Assembly (NCBI GenBank): GCA_964627115.1
Contig: CAZVHY010000017.1
Coordinates: 1 to 36,851 of the forward strand
DNA length: 36,851 bases
Direction: 5' to 3'
Source of the DNA: an uncultured Solibacteraceae bacterium
Lineage (GTDB): Bacteria; Acidobacteriota; Vicinamibacteria; Vicinamibacterales; SCN-69-37
The translations under genes and the position numbers were made by a program. Under the pieces are notes generated by a model. It had not been told where the DNA came from. It was given only the letters and a program-made list of their open reading frames with translations, and made no database searches. Position 1 is the stretch's first letter, and the number at the start of each line of letters is the position of its first letter. Below are positions 1 through 7,166 of the stretch, piece by piece.

Positions 1-345
1 GTCGAGGACATCGTCGCCCGCGAGTTCACGGTGAAGCGCTACATCCGTGCGCAGAGCGCGGAGAAGTACCTCGTGTTCCACTCCACGCAGAAGCGCCCGG
101 TGGGTCAGCTGCAGGTCATCGACGATGGCTACGACCTGTTCCTCACGCTGCTGATCTACCCCGTCTTCTCGTGGGACGACGCGGCGTATCACCTCGAGAA
201 CGATCCCGAACAGCGTACGTTCGCCGAAATCCTGGTCGACGTCGTCGCCGCCGATGTCATCGAACCCTGGGGCGGCGGCAAGTGGCACCTCGAGATCTTC
301 CGCACGGCCGTGCCGGATCCCGAGGATTGGAACGGGGAGATGTAG
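1..345 (+). CDS. hypothetical protein (5' end lies off the window)
   Basis: Frame 1 is open from base 1 (VEDIVAREFTV...) and runs into the 31..345 ORF. I recognise no family motif. The stop TAG at 343-345 lies inside a GTAGG... sequence that resembles a degenerate REP head. Confidence 0.45.
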   Translation, partial: VEDIVAREFTVKRYIRAQSAEKYLVFHSTQKRPVGQLQVIDDGYDLFLTLLIYPVFSWDDAAYHLENDPEQRTFAEILVDVVAADVIEPWGGGKWHLEIFRTAVPDPEDWNGEM

Positions 346-395
346 GTGGGCGGCCGGCTGCGGGCGGCACGGCAGCGGGCTGCGCACGTGCACAC

Positions 396-463
396 CGCAC
401 CCTGGCCCCCTCGCACCTTGGCACCTCGCACCCTGGCACCTCGCACCCTGGCACCCTCGCCCC
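396..463 (+). repeat. 15-nt tandem repeat (TCGCACCCTGGCACC), about 4.5 copies, ending at the pepP-like ATG
   Basis: Copies at 396-410, 411-425, 426-440 and 441-455, with a partial copy at 456-463. Copies 426-440 and 441-455 are identical. Confidence 0.9.
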
Positions 464-1639
464 ATGTCTCTCCCCCTCGCCGCCATCCAATCCGCGCTTC
501 GCGATGACGACGTCGACGGGTGGCTGCTGTACGACTTCAACGGATCGAATCCGATTGCGAGGCGTCTGGCCGGGCTCGAGGGCCGTCACACCACGCGGCG
601 CTGGTTCTATTTCATCCCGCGCACGGGCACGCCGCATCGCCTCGTGCACGCCATCGAGCCGGCCGTGCTCGACGCGCAGCCGGGGGACACGCACCGGTAT
701 GCCGGTCGCGAGCAGCTGGCCGAACGGCTGGCCGTCGTCCTGCGCGGCGCGCGGCGCGTGGCCATGGAGTACTCGCCGCTCTGCGCTATTCCGTACGTCT
801 CCCGGATCGACGCCGGCACCGCGGAGCTCGTCCGGTCGTGCGGTGTCGACATCGTGTCGTCGGGTGATCTCGTCGGCCGGTTCGAAGCGGCCTGGGACGC
901 GGCCGCCATCGCCACGCATCGGCAGGCCTCTGAGGCGCTCTACCGCGTCAAGGACCAGGCGTTCGCCTTCATCGGCGACCGTCTCGCCAGCGGCGCGCCG
1001 GTGCGCGAGCTCGAAGTCCAGGCCCGGATGATGGCGTGGTTCGACGAAGAAGGGCTGACCACCGACGCGGCGCCGATCGTGGCCATCCAGGAACACGCCG
1101 GCGACCCGCACTACGCGCCCGACGAGACCACGTCGCGCGCCGTCGAGCCGGGCCATCTCATCCTGCTCGACCTCTGGGGGAAACTCCGCACGCCCGATGC
1201 CGTGTACGCCGACATCACCTGGACGGGCGTGGCCGGCACGCCGACGACGGACATGGAACAGGTCTTCGCCGTGGTGGCCGCGGCCAGAGACGCGGCGCTG
1301 GACCGGGTAGCCGAGCGGGTCGCCGCCGGGCAGGACGTGCGCGGCTGGGAAGTCGACCGGGCCGCCCGCGACGTCATCGGCGCTGCGGGTTACGGCGACC
1401 GGTTCGTGCACCGCACCGGCCATTCGCTGGGCACGAACGTCCATGGCAATGGCGTGCACATGGACGACTACGAAACGCACGACGACCGGCGCCTGCTCGA
1501 GGGCACGGGGTTCACGATCGAGCCGGGCATCTACCTGGCGGCGTTCGGCATCCGCTCGGAAATCAACGTCGTCGTCGGCGCGCGCGAGGCGAAGCCGACC
1601 GGGCCCGTTCAGCGGGCGCTGGTGCGGGTCGGGCCGTAG
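464..1639 (+). CDS. M24 family metallopeptidase (Xaa-Pro aminopeptidase/dipeptidase-like)
   Basis: C-terminal pita-bread motifs are present: HRTGHSLGTNVHGNG and GFTIEPGIY. I chose the ATG at 464 (MSLPLAAIQSALRDDDVDGWLLYDF). The ORF-track start at 254 would read through a 15-nt tandem repeat. Confidence 0.8.
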   Translation: MSLPLAAIQSALRDDDVDGWLLYDFNGSNPIARRLAGLEGRHTTRRWFYFIPRTGTPHRLVHAIEPAVLDAQPGDTHRYAGREQLAERLAVVLRGARRVAMEYSPLCAIPYVSRIDAGTAELVRSCGVDIVSSGDLVGRFEAAWDAAAIATHRQASEALYRVKDQAFAFIGDRLASGAPVRELEVQARMMAWFDEEGLTTDAAPIVAIQEHAGDPHYAPDETTSRAVEPGHLILLDLWGKLRTPDAVYADITWTGVAGTPTTDMEQVFAVVAAARDAALDRVAERVAAGQDVRGWEVDRAARDVIGAAGYGDRFVHRTGHSLGTNVHGNGVHMDDYETHDDRRLLEGTGFTIEPGIYLAAFGIRSEINVVVGAREAKPTGPVQRALVRVGP

Positions 1640-1742
1640 CGTCCCGACTCTGGCAGGCCGGCTGCCGTCAAAGCATGCGTACGGCGGTATTCTGATAGCT
1701 GACGTTTTTCCGGTTTCCTGACGGCACGACGGAGCAGTGGAT

Positions 1743-3287
1743 ATGGCAACTCGCAAATCCTCAGTGTTCTATGGCTTATTGATTGCGGTCACCTCGCTCG
1801 TGGTGGGCATGGTCATCGCCTCGCGGCTCGACCTGACGCCCGTGTCCAGCGCGGCCAACGGCCCGCTGACGATTCCCGCCACCAACAGCGACCCTCTCGA
1901 CGGCCCGATCGACGCGACGACGTTCCGCACCATCGCGCGCGTCGCCGGACCGGCGGTCGTCAGCATCCAGGTCACGAGCATGCGGGAGGTGCGCGGCGGC
2001 GGTGGGCTCTTCGGGTTCCCGTTCCCGGGCGTGCCCTCGCCCAACAACCGCGGCGAGCGCGACATGCCGCGGGAAGTGCCGCAGACCGGCGCCGGCAGCG
2101 GGTTCATCATCGACAAGGCCGGCTACATCCTCACGAACAACCATGTGGTGGAGAACGCGACGGCCATCGAAGTGCGGTTGTCGACGATGCACGATTTCGA
2201 GGACGGGCTGCCGGCGAAGATCGTCGGACGCGACGAGCTCACCGACACGGCGCTCCTCCAGTTGATCGAACTGCCGTCGACGCCCCTGCCAGTGGCGCGA
2301 TTCGGCGACTCGGGTCAGATGGCGCCCGGCGACTGGGTGATGGCCATCGGCAATCCCTTCAACCTGTCGAACACGGTGACGGTGGGCATTGTCAGCGCGG
2401 TGGGGCGCCAGCAGGGCGTGGCGCGCCAGCGCACCGGCGAGTTCATCCAGACCGACGCGGCCATCAACCGCGGCAATTCAGGCGGGCCGCTGCTCAACAT
2501 CCGGGGTGAGGTCATCGGTATCAACACGATGATCCTGACCAACGACCCGATTGGCGGCGGCAACGTGGGTGTCGGGTTTGCCGTCCCCATCAACACGGTG
2601 CGCGACCTGCTGCCGCAGTTGCACGAGGGCAAGGTGACGCGCGGACGCATCGGCGTGTTCGTGACCGCGCGGCCGCTCAGCGAACAGGACGCACGCGATC
2701 TCGGCCTCCCGAGGGCCATGGGTGCGGAAGTCACGTCGGTCGAAACCGGCGGTCCGGCCGCGCGGGCCGGCCTGCGCGCGGGCGACATCATCACCGAGGT
2801 CAACGGCCAGCCGGTGCGCGACAACACCGAGCTCGTGTCATTGATCACGGCCACGCGTCCCGGCACCACGATCCCGCTCCGCGTCGTCCGCAACAAGGAA
2901 ACGATGACGCTGAACGTCACCGTGGTCGAGCTCGATCTGGCCGCCGAGCAGCAGGTGGCCGCGCGCCGGTCGGCGCGTCCGGGCGAGGCGCAGCCCGAGG
3001 AAACGGGCTTCGGCATGTCCGTGGCGCCGCTCACCGCGCAGCAGCGGCGTCAGGCGCAGTTGCCCGCCGAGCGCGAGGGTGTCGTGGTCGTCGACGTCAC
3101 GCCCTTCGGACCGGCGGCCAACGCGCAGATCGCTCCGGGCGACGTCATACTGTCGTTCCAGGGACAGGCGGTCTCGAGTCCCGAGCAGCTCAGCTCGGCC
3201 ATCGACGGCCTGCCCACGGGCCGCACGGCGCGCCTCATCGTCTGGCGCGCCGGGGAGGAGCAGCTCGTCCAGGTACGGAAGCGCTGA
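1743..3287 (+). CDS. HtrA/DegP/DegQ-family periplasmic serine endoprotease with two PDZ domains
   Basis: Trypsin-like motifs GSGFIIDKAGYILTNNHVV and GNSGGPLLN are present. There is an N-terminal TM/signal segment and two C-terminal PDZ-like segments. GGAG at 1731-1734 lies 8 nt upstream of the ATG at 1743. The GTG at 1737 is too close to that SD. Confidence 0.9.
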   Translation: MATRKSSVFYGLLIAVTSLVVGMVIASRLDLTPVSSAANGPLTIPATNSDPLDGPIDATTFRTIARVAGPAVVSIQVTSMREVRGGGGLFGFPFPGVPSPNNRGERDMPREVPQTGAGSGFIIDKAGYILTNNHVVENATAIEVRLSTMHDFEDGLPAKIVGRDELTDTALLQLIELPSTPLPVARFGDSGQMAPGDWVMAIGNPFNLSNTVTVGIVSAVGRQQGVARQRTGEFIQTDAAINRGNSGGPLLNIRGEVIGINTMILTNDPIGGGNVGVGFAVPINTVRDLLPQLHEGKVTRGRIGVFVTARPLSEQDARDLGLPRAMGAEVTSVETGGPAARAGLRAGDIITEVNGQPVRDNTELVSLITATRPGTTIPLRVVRNKETMTLNVTVVELDLAAEQQVAARRSARPGEAQPEETGFGMSVAPLTAQQRRQAQLPAEREGVVVVDVTPFGPAANAQIAPGDVILSFQGQAVSSPEQLSSAIDGLPTGRTARLIVWRAGEEQLVQVRKR

Positions 3288-3301
3288 GGCGTTCCCACGC
3301 G

Positions 3302-3871
3302 TTGGCACTCGAACAGGAAGTCAAACTCGCGTACCCGAACGTCGAGGCGGCACGCCAGGCAGTCCACGCTGCCGGCGGCCGCCTCGTCGTGTCGACACGT
3401 CTGCTCGACGATCGCTTCTTCGACACGCACGACCTGCGCCTGCGCCGCGAGGGGCAGGCGCTGCGCATCCGGCAGGATGGCGCCCTGGCCACGCTCACGT
3501 GGAAAGGCCCCACGCAACCGGGCCGTGTGAAGACGCGGGAGGAGCTCGAGGCCGACTGCGCCAATGCGCAGGACCTGGTCGCGCTGCTCGGCGCGCTCGG
3601 CTACGTGCCGTGCTTCCGCTCGCAGAAATACCGCGAGGAGTACGCCATCGGCGAGGCGCTGGTGACGGTCGATGAAACACCCTTCGCCGTGTTCGTCGAA
3701 GTCGAAGCCAATCCCGACGCCATTACCGATGTCGTGACGCGGCTCGGCCGGACGCCTGACGAGTACGAGCTGGCCTCGTACGTCACCTTGTGGCGGCGCT
3801 GGTGCACGGAGCATCATGTGCCGTTCGGAGACATGGTGTTCGCCCCCGACGCCGTCCTGCCGCCATCGTGA
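3302..3871 (+). CDS. CYTH domain protein (class IV adenylate cyclase / triphosphatase fold)
   Basis: The N-terminal EQEVKL matches the ExExK signature of CYTH/CyaB-like proteins, and the length (~189 aa) is typical. TTG start at 3302. The stop overlaps the next gene's start (GTGA). Confidence 0.65.
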   Translation: MALEQEVKLAYPNVEAARQAVHAAGGRLVVSTRLLDDRFFDTHDLRLRREGQALRIRQDGALATLTWKGPTQPGRVKTREELEADCANAQDLVALLGALGYVPCFRSQKYREEYAIGEALVTVDETPFAVFVEVEANPDAITDVVTRLGRTPDEYELASYVTLWRRWCTEHHVPFGDMVFAPDAVLPPS

Positions 3872-4815
3872 CTGCTGCGCTGCTACTTGCCGCCGGGCTC
3901 GGGTCCCGGCTCGATCCGCTCACACGCCTGGTCGCCAAACCCGCGGTGCCGCTCGGGCGCCAGACGATTGCCGAACACGTGCTGGCGTGGCTGCATCGTC
4001 AGGACGTCACCGACGTCGTCGTCAACCTGCACCATCGTCCCACCAGCCTCACGGGTGTGCTCGGTGACGGCGCGCACCTCGGGGTGTCGATCCGCTACTC
4101 GTGGGAAGCGGCGGTGCTCGGATCGGCGGGCGGCCCGCGTCGCGCGCTGCCGCTCGTGACGTCCGATCCGTTCGTCATCGTGAACGCCGACACGCTCTGC
4201 GACTTCGATCTCGCGCCGATGATGGCCGCGCACGTGGCGAGCGGCGCCGACGTCACGATGGCCGTGGTCCCCAACCCCGCGCCCGGGCACTACAACGGCA
4301 TCCTCGTCGACGACGACGGCGTGGTGCAGGGGTTCATTCCGCGCGGGCACGCGGAGCCGAGCTGGCACTTCGTGGGCGTGCAGATGGCCGGCAAGCGGGT
4401 GTTCGCGGATCTCGCCGACGGCGTGCCGGCCGAAACCGTCGCGGGCATCTACCGGGATCTGGTTGCACGCGAGCCTGGACGAGTGCGGACGTGGCCGGTG
4501 GCCGCGTCGTTCCTCGACATCGGCACACCGCGCGACTACCTGACCGCGGCACTTCGCCAGCCGGATGTCCTGCCAGCGGACCTGATCGTCCCCGACACGA
4601 CACGACTCACGCGATGTGCCGTCTGGCCGGGTGTGGTCGTCGACGACCACGTCAAGCTCGAGGACTGCATCGTGGCCGGCCCGGTGCGCGTCCCGAGCGG
4701 CCTCGACGTACGCGCGTCCATCCTCGTCCCCGCCGCGATCGCGCGCCCGGCCGACCGCGTGCGCATTCACGGCGATCTCGCGATTTATCCGATCGACGTC
4801 GGACACGGCGCGTAG
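3868..4815 (+). CDS. sugar-1-phosphate nucleotidyltransferase (MurU / mannose-1-P guanylyltransferase-like) with a C-terminal beta-helix-like tail
   Basis: The N-terminal LLLAAGLGSRLDPLTRLVAKPAVP is the NTP-transferase G-loop. The GTG at 3868 overlaps the CYTH stop (GTGA). The stop TAG at 4813-4815 lies inside a REP-like head (GTAGGGGCGG). Confidence 0.75.
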   Translation: MTAALLLAAGLGSRLDPLTRLVAKPAVPLGRQTIAEHVLAWLHRQDVTDVVVNLHHRPTSLTGVLGDGAHLGVSIRYSWEAAVLGSAGGPRRALPLVTSDPFVIVNADTLCDFDLAPMMAAHVASGADVTMAVVPNPAPGHYNGILVDDDGVVQGFIPRGHAEPSWHFVGVQMAGKRVFADLADGVPAETVAGIYRDLVAREPGRVRTWPVAASFLDIGTPRDYLTAALRQPDVLPADLIVPDTTRLTRCAVWPGVVVDDHVKLEDCIVAGPVRVPSGLDVRASILVPAAIARPADRVRIHGDLAIYPIDVGHGA

Positions 4816-4918
4816 GGGCGGCCCCCCGGGTGCCCGCCCATGTCGCGGTGGGCCGACACAAGGTCGGCCCCTACGTCGTCCGTGGTCTGCCGTAGGGGCC
4901 GACCTTGTGTCGGCCCAC
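4812..4918. repeat. REP-like palindrome cluster (3 copies)
   Basis: 4812-4841 is a degenerate forward copy (GTAGGGGCGG...CCCGCCCAT). 4848-4874 is a reverse copy (GTGGGCCGACACAAGGTCGGCCCCTAC). 4892-4918 is a forward copy (GTAGGGGCCGACCTTGTGTCGGCCCAC) and is the exact reverse complement of the second. Confidence 0.9.
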
Positions 4919-4949
4919 CGTCGCCGCAGCCTTGTCGCCTCGCCCCCCT

Positions 4950-4987
4950 CCCAGCTCCCCAGCTCCCCAGCTCCCCAGCTCCCAGCC
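4950..4987 (+). repeat. 8-nt tandem repeat CCCCAGCT (about 5 units)
   Basis: cccagct ccccagct ccccagct ccccagct cccagcc, read directly from the sequence. Confidence 0.9.
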
Positions 4988-4998
4988 TTCCAGCCCCC

Positions 4999-5036
4999 TC
5001 CCCGCCTGCCGCCTCCCCGCCTGCCGCCTCCCAGCC
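4999..5036 (+). repeat. 15-nt tandem repeat TCCCCGCCTGCCGCC (2 full copies plus a partial)
   Basis: 4999-5013 and 5014-5028 are identical, and 5029-5036 is a partial copy. A related copy pair lies at 31246-31269. Confidence 0.85.
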
Positions 5037-5058
5037 TTTCGTTACACTGTCCCCCACC

Positions 5059-6054
5059 GTGTCCAACCTGCCCCCTGCCCTCGTCACGGGTCTCGACCGC
5101 CTCGGCGTCACCGGGGCTGACGTGCACCCGCTGACGCCCGACGCGTCCGATCGCCGGTACTACCGCGTCACGGCGGCAGACGCGGCGCCGTTCGTCATCG
5201 CGATCTACAGCGCGCCGTTTGCGGCGGGCACGTTGCCGTTTACCGTCGTGGCCGCGCACCTCGCCGCGATGCCGCTGCCCGTACCCCGCGTGCGAACGGA
5301 GATGCCGGACCTCGGCATCGTGGTACTCGACGATCTCGGCGACACGACACTGCAGATGGCGGTCGACTCGGCACCCGACGGCCGGCACCGCGCGTGGTAC
5401 GAACGCGCCGTCGAGCACCTCGTCGTGCTCCAGCAGCGTGGCGCCGCGCTCGCCGACGATCGGCTGGTGCCTTACACGCTCGCCTTCGACGTCGAGAAGC
5501 TGATGTGGGAGATGGACTTCTTCATCACGCACTTCATCGAGGGGTTCCGTGGCGTGTCCATCGCGCCGGCCGCGCGCGATGCGCTTCGCGCGGAGCTGAC
5601 GACGTTGTCGCAGGAACTGGCCGGCGAACCGCGCGTGCTCTGTCATCGCGACTACCACAGCCGGAATCTGATGGTGGCGGGCGACGAGCTGTTCATCATC
5701 GACTTCCAGGATGCGCGCCTCGGCCCGAACACGTACGATCTCGTCTCGCTCCTGAGAGACTGCTACGTGGACATGGAACCGGCATTGTTCGACGCGCTGC
5801 TCGCGCGCTTCCGCGCGGCAGCCGCGCCCGATGAAGACGCCGGCCGCTTCCTCGAGCGGTTCGACGCCATGAGCGTGCAGCGTCACCTCAAGGCGCTGGG
5901 CACGTTCGGCTATCAGGCTGTCGCACGGTCCAACCCGCTGTACGCGCAGTACGTGCCGCGCACCACGGCGTACGTCCGCGCCACGTTCGCGCGGCGGCCG
6001 CGGTTCTCGCGCCTGCGCGACCTGCTCTCCCCACTCGTGCCGGAGGTGGCTTGA
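5059..6054 (+). CDS. aminoglycoside-phosphotransferase-fold sugar kinase, AmgK-like (anomeric MurNAc/GlcNAc kinase family)
   Basis: Motifs DASDRRYYRV and LCHRDYHSRNLMV plus IIDFQDA (Brenner/DFG-like) match the AmgK-type APH fold. The GTG at 5059 is the first plausible start downstream of the REP and short-repeat block. The ORF-track start at 4840 lies within the repeats. Confidence 0.7.
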   Translation: MSNLPPALVTGLDRLGVTGADVHPLTPDASDRRYYRVTAADAAPFVIAIYSAPFAAGTLPFTVVAAHLAAMPLPVPRVRTEMPDLGIVVLDDLGDTTLQMAVDSAPDGRHRAWYERAVEHLVVLQQRGAALADDRLVPYTLAFDVEKLMWEMDFFITHFIEGFRGVSIAPAARDALRAELTTLSQELAGEPRVLCHRDYHSRNLMVAGDELFIIDFQDARLGPNTYDLVSLLRDCYVDMEPALFDALLARFRAAAAPDEDAGRFLERFDAMSVQRHLKALGTFGYQAVARSNPLYAQYVPRTTAYVRATFARRPRFSRLRDLLSPLVPEVA

Positions 6055-6938
6055 TGCCGTTCACCACGCGATTCGGCCTGTCGACGCACCTGTTCCACAC
6101 GAAGCGTCTCGAGCGCGACGACCTGGCGCGCATGCGCGACGCCGGCTTTCCGCTCATCGAGGTGTTTGCGACGCAGACGCACGTGAACTATCACGACCCG
6201 CGCGCGATCGACGACCTGCGCGTGTGGGTGACGGCGCTCGGCCTCGATGTCTGGAGCGTGCACCTGCCGATCACCGATGGCATTCACGACGGCGTCTGGG
6301 GACGGCCGCTCTCGAACGCGTCGGCCGACGCGTCGGCGCGCGACGCGGCACTCCGTGAAACGACCGCCGCAATCGAAGCAGCCCGGGTCCTTGGTGCGCG
6401 TGTGGCGGTGCTGCACCTCGGCGTGCCCGACGCGCATGCCGCCGACGCCGGCCACGACAACGACGAACGCGCGCTCGGCCGCTCGCTCGAGCCGATTGCC
6501 GCCGCGTGCGCGGACGCGGGCGTGCGGCTCGCACTCGAGGTCATCCCGAACCGCCTGTCGACCGCCTCGGCGGTCGCCGGCTGGATGCAGGGCGACCGCG
6601 CGCTCGGCCGCACGGGCGCGTGCCTCGACGTCGGTCACGCACACATGACGGGCGGCGTGGTCGACGCCATCGAGACGCTGGCCGGCAGCATCATCAGCAC
6701 GCACCTGCACGACAATCGCGGCACGAGCGACGACCACCTGCTGCCGTTCGCCGGCACCATCGACTGGCCCGCGGCCCTGCTCGCACTCGTCAAGGTCGGC
6801 TATGACGGTCCGCTGATCTTCGAACTGCCCGACCACGGCGATGCGGTTCGCACACTGGCCGCCGCCGCGTCGGCGCGCGACCGGATTCGGGCGATACTGG
6901 ACGAAATCGATGAACCGTTCGGATTCGATGTCACATAG
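6054..6938 (+). CDS. sugar phosphate isomerase/epimerase (xylose isomerase-like TIM barrel)
   Basis: Pattern typical of AP_endonuc_2 / xylose-isomerase-like TIM barrels: IEVF..., VAVLHLG, LALEVIPN, LDVGHAH, HLHDN. GGAGG at 6042-6046 lies 7 nt before the ATG at 6054. This start overlaps the kinase stop (TTGATG). Confidence 0.75.
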   Translation: MPFTTRFGLSTHLFHTKRLERDDLARMRDAGFPLIEVFATQTHVNYHDPRAIDDLRVWVTALGLDVWSVHLPITDGIHDGVWGRPLSNASADASARDAALRETTAAIEAARVLGARVAVLHLGVPDAHAADAGHDNDERALGRSLEPIAAACADAGVRLALEVIPNRLSTASAVAGWMQGDRALGRTGACLDVGHAHMTGGVVDAIETLAGSIISTHLHDNRGTSDDHLLPFAGTIDWPAALLALVKVGYDGPLIFELPDHGDAVRTLAAAASARDRIRAILDEIDEPFGFDVT

Positions 6939-7037
6939 TGGGCGGGCACAAGGCCCGCCCCTACGGCCAGCGTGCAGGCCGATGCGCGGGCGGCCCGAGG
7001 TACCCCGGTCGTAGGGGCGGACCTTGTGTCCGCCCAC
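6938..7037. repeat. REP-like palindrome pair (reverse + forward)
   Basis: 6938-6964 is GTGGGCGGGCACAAGGCCCGCCCCTAC (reverse). 7011-7037 is GTAGGGGCGGACCTTGTGTCCGCCCAC (forward). Confidence 0.9.
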
Positions 7038-7060
7038 ATGCCCGAGCCGCCGCGCAGCCC

Positions 7061-7109
7061 GGTAGTCGGTGGCCGGTAGTCGGTAGTCGGTAGTCGGTGG
7101 CCGATAGTC
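7061..7109 (+). repeat. 7-nt tandem repeat GGTAGTC/GGTGGCC (7 units)
   Basis: ggtagtc ggtggcc ggtagtc ggtagtc ggtagtc ggtggcc gatagtc. Confidence 0.9.
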
Positions 7110-7117
7110 AATCACCC

Positions 7118-7157
7118 GCAGCCTTGCAGCCTTGTAGCCTTGTAGCCTTGTAGCCTT
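7118..7157 (+). repeat. 8-nt tandem repeat GYAGCCTT (5 units)
   Basis: gcagcctt gcagcctt gtagcctt gtagcctt gtagcctt. The array ends 9 nt before the asnS ATG. A two-unit relic lies at 4926-4941. Confidence 0.9.
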
Positions 7158-7166
7158 CTTCCCCCC

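Noticed and set aside
1640-1742. A possible sigmaE-type promoter (TCTGA element near 1690) upstream of htrA.
   Set aside because: No acceptable GGAACTT-like -35 element sits at the right spacing, so the evidence is too weak to report as a feature.
4840-5058. N-terminal extensions offered by the ORF track: kinase from 4840, peptidase from 254, nrnA-like from 15337, truB from 16899, rpsO from 17510, HEAT protein from 31053, cupredoxin from 20528, tatA from 29335, tatC from 28959, ctp from 28091.
   Set aside because: The extensions run through REP copies, tandem repeats, terminators or the preceding gene. Conserved N-termini, overlapping stop/start coupling or SD motifs support the internal starts I chose.
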